DNA of 28,904 nt from a virus (Duplodnaviria > Caudoviricetes), in the IMG/VR virus record IMGVR_UViG_3300028588_000072, positions 1 to 28,904 of that record. One strand, given 5' to 3'. The notes under the pieces were generated by a model. The model was not told the origin of the DNA. It saw only the letters and a program-made list of their open reading frames with translations, and searched no databases. A program made the translations under genes and the position numbers. Below are positions 13,969 to 22,736 of the stretch, piece after piece. Every line of letters starts with the position of its first letter. Position 1 is the first letter of the stretch.

Positions 13969-16482
13969 ATGAACCTAGCTGATCGCGTCAAAGAAACGAC
14001 TACCTCCACCAGCGCCGACGTCATCACACTGGGCGGCGCCACGTCGACATTCCGCAGCTTCGCCTCTGCTTTTTCCGTCGGCGACACCAAGATTTCCGTC
14101 TCGGTGGATGACGGCAAAGGCAACTGGGAAAATGGCGCGTACACGCTGACCAACACCGTCACGCTGACCCGCACCGCGATATATGCAAGCTCCAATGGCG
14201 GTGCCGCGGTCGTGTTCCCCGCTGGCTCGAAGGAAGTGTTCTGCACCCTCGCGAGCAAGGCGCTGGACAGCCTGGTCGCCGATCTGCGCGCCGAGATTAC
14301 CCTGAGTGGCACATCGAACTTCGTCACGTCGGCGGATGCCCCGAGCAACGCGGACGGCCGCAGCAACGGCACTGTGTACTTCCAGACCGGCCTGTCCAGT
14401 GGCGTGATCAGCATGTTCCTGAAGGTCGGCGGAGTGTACCAGGCGGTTGGTGCTGCGACGCCTATCGGGAATTCCGCGACTTCCGTCACCATGACGGGCC
14501 CAGTCAGCGGCGTTGCCGGGCTTGTGTCGTCGAACTATTCGGTTGCACTCTTCCCTGTCGGTAGCACCGCGTCCACTCCGATTGTTGTAACACCGAGCGA
14601 TTCGGGCGCTGGCGGAACGTTTATTCCGGCTTCGCTGTCTCTCACCACAGCGGCGCCATCTGGTGCGTTCACTTACACCCCGGCCAGCGCTGGAGCGAAG
14701 TCGGTCAGCCTCGCCAATAGCGGTAGCCTCACGAACCCGTCGCCTCTCCAGTACACGGCCCAAGCGGCAAATCCAAACCCTACGATCACAATCGCATCGT
14801 CGAAGATGGCGGTTAGCACCGGTTCGCCATACACCGCCACGGACTTCGACGGAGTTGGTACGTACGCGTTCCCGAACGCTCAAGGGCAAATTCATTTCAC
14901 GGCAGATACCGCAGTCGTGGGGCAGAAGTACGACGTCTACATGTTGTGGTCGCTGGCCGGCGCGCCCGGTCAGCCATCGCCCGCATCCGTGAAGTTCTAC
15001 GGCGCTTATGAGCCGTGGACCGCTTCGTCCACGCCCGTCTATGCGAATAAGGTGATTAACTTGGTCCCGCCTCAAGCCGCCGGGATCGTCGAGCGGTCTC
15101 AGCTGCCGTTTTCGTTCACCCGCGAAGATGCAGGGCGAGTTTCGCACTTCAAGATGGGGCGACAGCAGGATGCCGTCGGCGGCACGATGCGCATTCGCGG
15201 CTTTGAGCTTGTCCCTGCGCCTGCACTCGCCGAAGCCACTGTCACACAGGCTGGCAACCTGTCTCCGACGAGCTTCAATACGCCGTACTCGGGCACCAAG
15301 GTGATCTCGCTGCTGTCGCTGTACACGCCGATCTGGACTACGGCTAACGCGGTCTATGTCGTGGCCCCTGTGACCGTTGGCGGCGTGCAGCAATCGAGGC
15401 TGGCCAAGCTGAACAAGACCACGTACGAAATGGTCCAGGACGTGCAGCTCGGCACCGGCACGCATGATACGACCATCGGGCACCGTGACGGCAGCGTGTG
15501 CGTGACCGACGACGGCAAGGTCATCGCGTATGGCGAGGCGCACCATACCCCATGGAAGGGCCTGTCATCGCCTACCGAAGACATTTCGGCGCTCGTTGCA
15601 ACAACCGCGCCTACCGGTCTGGACACGAATTGCTCGTATCGCCGCTTCTTCCGAAACCAGTTCGACGGAAGTATGTGGATGGGCGCGCGGGGCAATGGCT
15701 ACCTGGCCGGCATCTACAAGTGGAACGGCACCACGTTCGATCGCAAGGGGGCTGACTTCCTGGCCGGTAACGCGGCTTCGTACCTTGGCTCTTACGGCAT
15801 GGAGATTGCGTTCTCGAGCGTTGACACGTTGTATGTCACCACGGAATTCCTGCAAGGCGATGGCCCATTCACGATGTCGGGATACCCGCGCCAGAACATC
15901 AGTTTGATCAAATCTACGGACGGCGGAGTGACCTTCACGACCATGCGCGGCAAGGCGCTGAATCTTCCCCTGGTCAGCGGCACGGATGATAGCGACATCG
16001 CATTTCCGAACAACAACCTCAATCACAATTCCAGCGTCGCGCGCATTGCGATTGGCGCCGATGGACAGCCGCTGCTGGTCGCAAGTTGGCAGCATCCCGA
16101 TGAAGCTTTCCGCAGCCTGTGGGTGGCCAAGTACAACGCCACCACCAACAAGTGGGTGCGCACGCGCCTGATGGCGCACAACGGCGTGCAGGACGCAGGT
16201 ACCCCGCACATCGCATACCACAACGGCAAGATCATCGTCACGTCAGCAACGACCGACGATAACGTGCCGGCCACCATCGGCACCACCAACCAGCTGTATT
16301 TGTTCACCACCACTGATTCCGGTGCGACGTGGAAAAAATACGCAATCACGCACCCGACTGGCGCGTACAGCGGCGTCTATATCGACCCGGCTGCGCTTCG
16401 GCTTGATAACAAATTGCGTCTGCTGCCAGATTATGAGGCACAGCCAAATTCGGTTATTTGGGAAATGTCGGTTCCAGCCTAA
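13969..16482 (+). CDS. Virion appendage/spike protein with C-terminal BNR (Asp-box) beta-propeller; possible polysaccharide lyase/depolymerase
   Basis: Phage-type N-terminus LADRVKETTT...WENG, Ser/Thr-rich beta domains, GH..SVCVTDDGKV.....HH motif, and Asp boxes KSTDGGVTF and TTTDSGATW. Confidence 0.7.
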   Translation: MNLADRVKETTTSTSADVITLGGATSTFRSFASAFSVGDTKISVSVDDGKGNWENGAYTLTNTVTLTRTAIYASSNGGAAVVFPAGSKEVFCTLASKALDSLVADLRAEITLSGTSNFVTSADAPSNADGRSNGTVYFQTGLSSGVISMFLKVGGVYQAVGAATPIGNSATSVTMTGPVSGVAGLVSSNYSVALFPVGSTASTPIVVTPSDSGAGGTFIPASLSLTTAAPSGAFTYTPASAGAKSVSLANSGSLTNPSPLQYTAQAANPNPTITIASSKMAVSTGSPYTATDFDGVGTYAFPNAQGQIHFTADTAVVGQKYDVYMLWSLAGAPGQPSPASVKFYGAYEPWTASSTPVYANKVINLVPPQAAGIVERSQLPFSFTREDAGRVSHFKMGRQQDAVGGTMRIRGFELVPAPALAEATVTQAGNLSPTSFNTPYSGTKVISLLSLYTPIWTTANAVYVVAPVTVGGVQQSRLAKLNKTTYEMVQDVQLGTGTHDTTIGHRDGSVCVTDDGKVIAYGEAHHTPWKGLSSPTEDISALVATTAPTGLDTNCSYRRFFRNQFDGSMWMGARGNGYLAGIYKWNGTTFDRKGADFLAGNAASYLGSYGMEIAFSSVDTLYVTTEFLQGDGPFTMSGYPRQNISLIKSTDGGVTFTTMRGKALNLPLVSGTDDSDIAFPNNNLNHNSSVARIAIGADGQPLLVASWQHPDEAFRSLWVAKYNATTNKWVRTRLMAHNGVQDAGTPHIAYHNGKIIVTSATTDDNVPATIGTTNQLYLFTTTDSGATWKKYAITHPTGAYSGVYIDPAALRLDNKLRLLPDYEAQPNSVIWEMSVPA

Positions 16483-16499
16483 CGCAGAAGGAAACGAAA

Positions 16500-17204
16500 A
16501 TGCTCGGTTATTCCCCGCTGGGCGCCACTGCGCTCGGCTTTTATCCGCCGGTGCTGGTCGAGCCGGAACCAGAGCCGCAGCCAGAGCCGAATCCAACCGG
16601 TCGCGACTATGCCTGGCTGCAGGCCTCGGTCATCAAGTGGATGCACCGGAAGGACCTGGCGTCGCTGGTTCCCGACCTGGTGATGCTGGCCGAGGAGCGC
16701 ATGAGCGCGGATCTGGAAGCGCGCGGCATGGACTCGACGATCTCTCTGCCGACTGTGGCCGGGACGGGCGTCGTGGCCTTGCCGCAGGGCGTCGTCGAGA
16801 TCCGCGCGGTCGGTGTGCCGTGGCAGGCCCCGGCCAGCTACCTGTCGGCCGATGCATTCCGCGCGCGCTACAGCGATGGCTGCGCCGGCGCGCCGCGGCA
16901 CTACACGGTGATCGGCGACGCGCTCTACCTCGGGCCGATGCCCGATGGCGTGTACCAGCTCGATCTGTCGGCGCGCATGACGCTGCCGCCGCTCGATGAC
17001 GCCGTCGACGGCCGCAACTGGCTGATGGAGCGGAACCCGTCGCTGTACCTGGCTGCAACCATGATCGAGGCGATGACCTTCACGAGCAACCTCGAAGGCC
17101 AGGCCACATGGGAAGGCAAGTACCAGGTCGCACTTAAATCGGCCAACTCAACGAAGGGCACAGCCGGCGATCTGGTTGTGCGCTCAGACTCCCGAACCCC
17201 ATAG
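16500..17204 (+). CDS. Head-tail adaptor protein with N-terminal extension
   Basis: DYAWLQASVIKWMHRKDLASLVPDLVMLAEERM...NWLMERNPSLYL is the typical adaptor pattern. It is preceded by MLGYSPLGATALG and a PE/PQ linker. Confidence 0.75.
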   Translation: MLGYSPLGATALGFYPPVLVEPEPEPQPEPNPTGRDYAWLQASVIKWMHRKDLASLVPDLVMLAEERMSADLEARGMDSTISLPTVAGTGVVALPQGVVEIRAVGVPWQAPASYLSADAFRARYSDGCAGAPRHYTVIGDALYLGPMPDGVYQLDLSARMTLPPLDDAVDGRNWLMERNPSLYLAATMIEAMTFTSNLEGQATWEGKYQVALKSANSTKGTAGDLVVRSDSRTP

Positions 17205-17211
17205 GAAAAAC

Positions 17212-17778
17212 ATGGCACTCGAAAAACTGGTCGTGTCGATTAACGACCTCGACCCCACGTCGCCGCGCCCAGCTGATCCGAAATCAGACGGTGACGATCA
17301 TCTGCGCAACATCAAAGCGGCGGTCAAGAACTGCTTCCCCGGCTTCGCTGGCCCGGTGCTGGTCGGCGGCTTGGCTGGCGGTGTCGTTGACACGTACACG
17401 CTTGCGACAACGCCAAATCTGATCAGCTACGCCGCGAACACGCTGGTGGTCTGGATGCCGAACGTCACGAGCGTGACTGCCGCGCCGACCATGAACGTGT
17501 CGGGCCTGGGCGTGCGCGCGATCCGCAGCGTCACCGGCGCGCCGCTGCTGCCGGGCGATCTGGTCGCCGGCCAGTACGTGGTGATGGTCGACACCGGCAC
17601 CGAATACCGCCTGATCGGTATCACGAAAAACTATGTCGACAACCTGGCATTCAGCTCGATGTTGCCGGTGCCGCCTGCAATGAGCGGGCAGTACTTCCTG
17701 GCATACCAAAACGGCGCGTTTGCCTACCTCAACTCGCCGGTCCCCGGCTTTTTTTATCAAGCACAAGGAATCGTCTAA
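17212..17778 (+). CDS. Tail fibre proximal/anchor protein
   Basis: INDLDPTSP...DPKSDGDDHLRNIKAAVKNCFP anchor motif, and TMNVSGLG...LLPGDLVAG fibre motif. Confidence 0.75.
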   Translation: MALEKLVVSINDLDPTSPRPADPKSDGDDHLRNIKAAVKNCFPGFAGPVLVGGLAGGVVDTYTLATTPNLISYAANTLVVWMPNVTSVTAAPTMNVSGLGVRAIRSVTGAPLLPGDLVAGQYVVMVDTGTEYRLIGITKNYVDNLAFSSMLPVPPAMSGQYFLAYQNGAFAYLNSPVPGFFYQAQGIV

Positions 17779-18660
17779 ATGACCACGCAAGCACAATACG
17801 CATCCATCCCGAAGCTGGGCAAAGTCACCATTGCGGTGGCGAATGCGCTGCGCGACGGCACCGGCGCCATGGGCACGCTGCTGACTGCATCGCCGACGAT
17901 CATGTCCGGCACGCGCGTGGACAAGATCCAGGTGCAGGCGGTGGGCGACACCTTGCCTGGCATCGTTCGCCTGTTCTTGGTGAAGGGTTCGCCCGGCACG
18001 CCGATCAGCTCAATCGCGTTCAGCAGCACGACCGCCACGGTCACCACTGCATCGAGCCACGGGCTTGCGACCGGCGACCTGGCGACTGTGCAGAACGCCA
18101 TGCCTGACCAGTACAACGTCACGAACGCGGCGATCACGGTCCCGAACGCGACCACGTTCACTTACACGCTGCCGGTGGCGCCGACGACGAATGCGATCGC
18201 GCAGGGTGCCTTCTCGACCATCAAGGCCGCCGAGATCGCGCAGCTGTGGCGCGAGATCCCTGTGACCGCTGCGACTGTCGTGCCGCGCACCATCACCTCG
18301 ATCACCTCGACCACGGCCCTTGCCACGCTCACCACGGCAGCGCCGCATGGCCTGACGACCGGCGACACGGTGATTGTCTCGGGTGCCACGCCGGCGGCAT
18401 ACAACGGCTCGTATGTGATCACGGTCACAGGGCCGAGCACCTTCACCTACACGATGGCGAGTTCGCCGGGCGCGAATGCCTCGATCACGGGCGCCTATTC
18501 GGTGATCAAGTCGGCGTTTAGCAAGGCCATGGCATCCCAGTTCGCCTCGGATGCTGGCTACCTGCCGCTGATCCTGCCGGCCGGCTGGCAACTGCGCGCA
18601 TCAACCAACAACGCGGACGCATTCAGCGTCAGCACCACCTTTGTGGGGGACATGCAATGA
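17779..18660 (+). CDS. Tail-associated beta-rich protein with two internal repeat domains
   Basis: Two ~72-aa repeats (T.TT...HGL.TGD...YN....IT.....TFTYT) within an ANALRDGTG...LILPAGWQLRAST core. Confidence 0.75.
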   Translation: MTTQAQYASIPKLGKVTIAVANALRDGTGAMGTLLTASPTIMSGTRVDKIQVQAVGDTLPGIVRLFLVKGSPGTPISSIAFSSTTATVTTASSHGLATGDLATVQNAMPDQYNVTNAAITVPNATTFTYTLPVAPTTNAIAQGAFSTIKAAEIAQLWREIPVTAATVVPRTITSITSTTALATLTTAAPHGLTTGDTVIVSGATPAAYNGSYVITVTGPSTFTYTMASSPGANASITGAYSVIKSAFSKAMASQFASDAGYLPLILPAGWQLRASTNNADAFSVSTTFVGDMQ

Positions 18661-19529
18661 ACGAAGGGCTGAAAGTTGGAGTTACGCTCGGCGCCGATCC
18701 GTTCGAGCAGAAGTTCGAAGTGTTCCCCGCCTCTGGTTTGTTCCAGCCGAAAGCCGGTGCATCCATGTACTACGTCGAGCTCCTGTCGGGTGGCGGCGGT
18801 GGCAGTGGCGGCGTCAGCAACGTTCCAGGCGGTGGCGGCGGCGGCGGCGCCTTCGCATCGATGTTGATCGAAGCCTCCAAGGTTTCAGTGCCGGTGCCAG
18901 TCACTGTCGGCAGCGGCGGCCTGGGCGGGATTGGGGGTACTGGTTCTATAGCCCCTGCAAACTCCGGGGCTGCTGGCGGCGGGTCGTCATTTGGCTCGTT
19001 CGTTTCAGTAAGCGGTGGCAGTGGCGCCGTGACAAACAATAGCCTTAGCCTTGGTGGCGCAGGCGGAAGTCAATCTTTCGGTGTGGTGGTGGCGTCTGCC
19101 ACTACCCCCGCGCGCGGCCCAGACGGCGCGCCGGCGAACGGCAATGCTGAAAACGGTGGCGGTGGCGGCGGCAACAGCGCAGGCACATCTCCGGGCGGAA
19201 GTTCCGGGCGCGGCGGTGCTGGTGGCGGTGCTGGCGGTACAACCACTGGCGGCGTCGGCGGCGCGGGCGGCAAGCGAGGTTCTAATACGGCAGGTGCCGC
19301 TGCAAATGGCGGGCCCATTGTGATCGACCCAGCGTTTGCAGAAGGCCTGCCGGGCGTTGGCGGCGGCGGCGGCAATGGCAACGCAAATACCGCCGGGACA
19401 TCAGGCGGCAATGGCTCGATCGGCTGCGGTGGCGGCGGCGGCAGCGCCGCTGGCCAGAACGTTGGCGGGCAGCTTGGCGGCAATGGCGGCAACGGTGGCC
19501 GTGGTGAAGTCATCGTCTACTGGTGGTGA
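18657..19529 (+). CDS. Glycine-rich tail fibre distal/adhesin-like protein
   Basis: GGGGGG motifs, VPVTVGSGG, SSFGS, and a terminal GGRGEVIVYW typical of polyglycine-II domains. Confidence 0.8.
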   Translation: MNEGLKVGVTLGADPFEQKFEVFPASGLFQPKAGASMYYVELLSGGGGGSGGVSNVPGGGGGGGAFASMLIEASKVSVPVPVTVGSGGLGGIGGTGSIAPANSGAAGGGSSFGSFVSVSGGSGAVTNNSLSLGGAGGSQSFGVVVASATTPARGPDGAPANGNAENGGGGGGNSAGTSPGGSSGRGGAGGGAGGTTTGGVGGAGGKRGSNTAGAAANGGPIVIDPAFAEGLPGVGGGGGNGNANTAGTSGGNGSIGCGGGGGSAAGQNVGGQLGGNGGNGGRGEVIVYWW

Positions 19530-19530
19530 T

Positions 19531-21105
19531 ATGCCGATGATCCGAATCCCCAATGCCGGCAGCATCGGCGTCATCAAGGACGTGGCCGCTCACGAACTGC
19601 CGCCGAATGCCTGGACGGACGCGCTCAACGTGCGCTTTCTCGACGGCGCGGCGATGCAGTTTTTCGGTCACGGCCCTACGTACGGCGCGCCGGAAGTAGT
19701 GCCGCTGCACCTGTGCCCGGTCAACATCGGCAACATGCGGTACTGGATCTACGCTGGCGAGAAGAAAATCTACGCCAGCGCGATCATCGACGGCGAGACG
19801 GACCATGTGAACCTGACGCGCCAGACCAGCGGCGCCGACGTGGATTACAGCGGCGAGCCGAACGCCTGGACCAGCACGGTGCTGTCGGGCATCCCGATCC
19901 TGAACCCGGGCAACGAGGCCGACCCGCCGCAGCGATGGAATCTCGACGTGAACAGTCGCTTCCAGACACTCGACAACTGGCCGGCGAACACATTCTGCAA
20001 GTCGATGCGCGCCTACAAGAACTTCCTGGTCGCGCTGAACGTGACACGGGATGGCGCGAACCGGCCGTTCTTGGTGCTGTGGTCATCGCCGGCTGATCCC
20101 GGTGGCGTGCCGGGTAGCTGGGCCAGCAACGACGAGGATTCGGAATCAGGCGAAACCGACCTGGCCGAAGGCAGTGACCCGATTATTGATGGCCTGGTCC
20201 TGCGCGACAGCCTGATCATCTACAAGGAACAGTCCGTCTACCGAATGGACTTTACCGGAGGTACATTCGTATTCAACTTCCGCAAGGTGGTGGGCGCGTC
20301 GGGCGCGATGAATCGTAATTGCATCGTGGAACTTCCGGACGGCTACCACTTCGTGCTGACCAATTCGGACGTGATTGTGCACGATGGCCAGTCGGCCACG
20401 TCGGTGCTCGATAAGGTGGCGCGGCGCGAGCTGTTCCGCGACATCGATACCGAGTACGCCAGCCGCTCGTTCGTGTTCAAGAATCCGTTCCTGAACGAGG
20501 TGTACGTCTGCTACGCATCAGTGGGCAACACGGTGCCGAACAAGGCGATGGTCTGGAATTACAAGGACCGCACGGTCACCTACCGCGACATCCCTGCCCT
20601 GCACCACGCGGCATACGGTCCGGTCGACAACACGCTCAACGACAGCTGGTCGTCGGACAACGATGCCTGGATCACGGATCTGACCGCCTGGAACGTGCCG
20701 GCGTTCACGCCGAACCTGATGCGCGTGCTGATGGCGTCGGCGGACAAGCAACTGCTTCTGCTCGATTCATCGGTCACGTTCAACGGCACGCCGCCGGCTT
20801 CGTACATGGAGCGGCGCGGCCTGAGCTTCGGAGAGGCTGAGTTCACCAAACTGATCGTCGGCATTCGCCCGCGCATCACTGGCGACCCGGGCGAGACGGT
20901 GATCGTGCGCATCGGCGGCCACATGAAGGACCCGGCAGCGGATCCGGAATATGACGCGGAGATCGAGTTCGTGATCGGCGAGGACATCGCGGTCGATTGC
21001 ATGGTCAGCTACCGCTACCTGGCGATCCGGTTCGAGTCGGGCAGCGCGGTGCAATGGAAAATCGACAGCTATGACGTCGAGGTCAAAAAAGGAGGCAAGT
21101 GGTGA
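19531..21105 (+). CDS. Tail tube/nozzle (packaged-DNA stabilisation, P22 gp10-like) protein
   Basis: 524-aa beta-propeller-like protein starting MPMIRIPNAGSIGVIKD..AHELPPNAWTDALNVRF. It sits before the ejection genes. Confidence 0.75.
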   Translation: MPMIRIPNAGSIGVIKDVAAHELPPNAWTDALNVRFLDGAAMQFFGHGPTYGAPEVVPLHLCPVNIGNMRYWIYAGEKKIYASAIIDGETDHVNLTRQTSGADVDYSGEPNAWTSTVLSGIPILNPGNEADPPQRWNLDVNSRFQTLDNWPANTFCKSMRAYKNFLVALNVTRDGANRPFLVLWSSPADPGGVPGSWASNDEDSESGETDLAEGSDPIIDGLVLRDSLIIYKEQSVYRMDFTGGTFVFNFRKVVGASGAMNRNCIVELPDGYHFVLTNSDVIVHDGQSATSVLDKVARRELFRDIDTEYASRSFVFKNPFLNEVYVCYASVGNTVPNKAMVWNYKDRTVTYRDIPALHHAAYGPVDNTLNDSWSSDNDAWITDLTAWNVPAFTPNLMRVLMASADKQLLLLDSSVTFNGTPPASYMERRGLSFGEAEFTKLIVGIRPRITGDPGETVIVRIGGHMKDPAADPEYDAEIEFVIGEDIAVDCMVSYRYLAIRFESGSAVQWKIDSYDVEVKKGGKW

Positions 21106-21386
21106 AAGTGCCAAAAGGCTCGATCGTCGGATACTCAGCCGGCCCTGTGCCGACGAACCCGGCTGACATTCCCCGCTACCTGGACGAGGAGCTGAACCGC
21201 ATCGCTGGCGTGTTCGCTGCCTTGCTCGCCCCTGCCGCAAGCCTGCGCTTAGCGCCGATGGCCGCGCCGCCCAGCGAGCCATCGCAGGGGATGATCGTCT
21301 ACACGGATGGCACGACCTGGAACCCAGGCAGCGGCGAGGGGTACTACTACTTCAACAACAACGGCGTATGGACGCCGCTCGGATAA
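21099..21386 (+). CDS. Small tail protein
   Basis: SD AGGAGG. YLDEELNRI...GMIVYTDGTTWNPGSGEGYY. The start is 21099 or 21102. Confidence 0.75.
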   Translation: MVKVPKGSIVGYSAGPVPTNPADIPRYLDEELNRIAGVFAALLAPAASLRLAPMAAPPSEPSQGMIVYTDGTTWNPGSGEGYYYFNNNGVWTPLG

Positions 21387-21419
21387 CCGGCATTCTGCCA
21401 TCACTCAAGGACGAGAAAA

Positions 21420-22727
21420 ATGGGATTTTTAAAAGATCTGGTGGGCATCGCCGCACCAATCGCCGGTACTTTCCTGGGCGGCCCTGTCGGCGGCGCAATC
21501 GGCGGAGCGATCGGCGGCGCTGTCAGCGGTAGTGGCCAGCCGAAGAGCACGACGACGAGCCAGGCAGGCACGCAGAACGGCACACAATCCGGCACGCAGA
21601 GTTCGAACCAATCGAGCACCGCGACCAACACGCTTGACCCATACATCGCGCAGCTTCTGGGCATGGGCGGCGGCGGTATCCTGGGCAGCCTGGGCGGCCT
21701 GCTGTCGAACGGCGGCTCGAATCTATCAGGCCAGAGCAACAGCTTCCTGAACGCAAATGCTGGCCAGATCCTGGGCAATGGCTACGCTGGTTCGAACGCA
21801 CTGATGGGCAGCCAGTACGACGCACCGGCGATGGAGGCCGCTCAGGTGCGCGCGCCATCGCAGAACGGCATGGACCTTTCCGGCGCGTACGACCGCTTCA
21901 TCAACGGCACACCAGGCGCGAACCCATACCTGGATCAACAGATCGGCGGTGCGATCGGGATGAACCGCCTCGGCTTCCAGCAGATGCAGGACGACAGCAA
22001 CGAGAATTTGCTTCAGAACGTGCTGCCGTCGATCCGTGGCGGCGCCATCGCAGCCGGCCAATACGGCGGCTCGCGCCAAGGCATCGCCGAAGGCAACGCG
22101 ATCGGCCAGCAGCAGAAAGAGCTGGCGCGCGCGACGGCCATGTTCGGCCAGAACGCCACGAACGCCGCTGTCGGCGCCAAGGCGAACGCGTACGAGAGCG
22201 ATTTGAACCGCGCGCTTTCGGCGACGCAAGGCCTGGGAGCGCAGCAGTACGGTGTGGCGCAGCAGGATGCCTCGATGCGCCAGGCGGCCGATAACACGAA
22301 CATCCAGGCACTGATGGGCACGCGCAGCCAGAACAGTTCGAACATGGCGAGCGGCATTGGCCTGCAGCAGGGTCTGCTCGGTACGGCCGCAGGTTACGGC
22401 AATGCAGACGTTGGCCGCCTGGGAGCGACTGCCGGCATCTTGCAGCCATTCCTCGGTGCCGGCGCAACCACGTCGAACACCGGCACGAGCAGCGGCACCA
22501 GCAACAGCACGACGAACAACACGACCACCGGCAACGTCTCGCAGCCGCTTTACAACAGCCCCACAGGCAACGCCTTGGGTGGGGCTCTGCTGGGCGGCCA
22601 GCTATCCGGGCTGCTGGGTGGCGGCAGTACCGGCGGCAGCAATTCGGGTATGGCTGGGTCGCTCGGCAGCTTGTTCGGTGTCGGCGGCAAAACGGGCGGC
22701 CTGTTCGGCTCCGGCTCCTACTTCTAA
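21420..22727 (+). CDS. DNA ejection (internal virion/pilot) protein 1
   Basis: Gly/Ser/Gln-rich with amphipathic termini, NPYLD and AGQYGGSRQGIAEG motifs. Position fits. Confidence 0.75.
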   Translation: MGFLKDLVGIAAPIAGTFLGGPVGGAIGGAIGGAVSGSGQPKSTTTSQAGTQNGTQSGTQSSNQSSTATNTLDPYIAQLLGMGGGGILGSLGGLLSNGGSNLSGQSNSFLNANAGQILGNGYAGSNALMGSQYDAPAMEAAQVRAPSQNGMDLSGAYDRFINGTPGANPYLDQQIGGAIGMNRLGFQQMQDDSNENLLQNVLPSIRGGAIAAGQYGGSRQGIAEGNAIGQQQKELARATAMFGQNATNAAVGAKANAYESDLNRALSATQGLGAQQYGVAQQDASMRQAADNTNIQALMGTRSQNSSNMASGIGLQQGLLGTAAGYGNADVGRLGATAGILQPFLGAGATTSNTGTSSGTSNSTTNNTTTGNVSQPLYNSPTGNALGGALLGGQLSGLLGGGSTGGSNSGMAGSLGSLFGVGGKTGGLFGSGSYF

Positions 22728-22736
22728 AGGATCATC

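Noticed and set aside
13975-15546. 523-aa minus-strand ORF
   Set aside because: It is an Arg-rich antisense shadow of the 837-aa appendage gene.
17212-19529. Diversity-generating retroelement or invertible tail-fibre cassette
   Set aside because: No reverse transcriptase, invertase or near-identical TR/VR pair is visible. The internal repeats are diverged at all base types.
21084-21105. Programmed -1 frameshift at AAAAAAG at the end of the nozzle gene
   Set aside because: A_AAA_AAG is not in the reading frame, and the run is explained by the AAGGAGG SD of the next gene.
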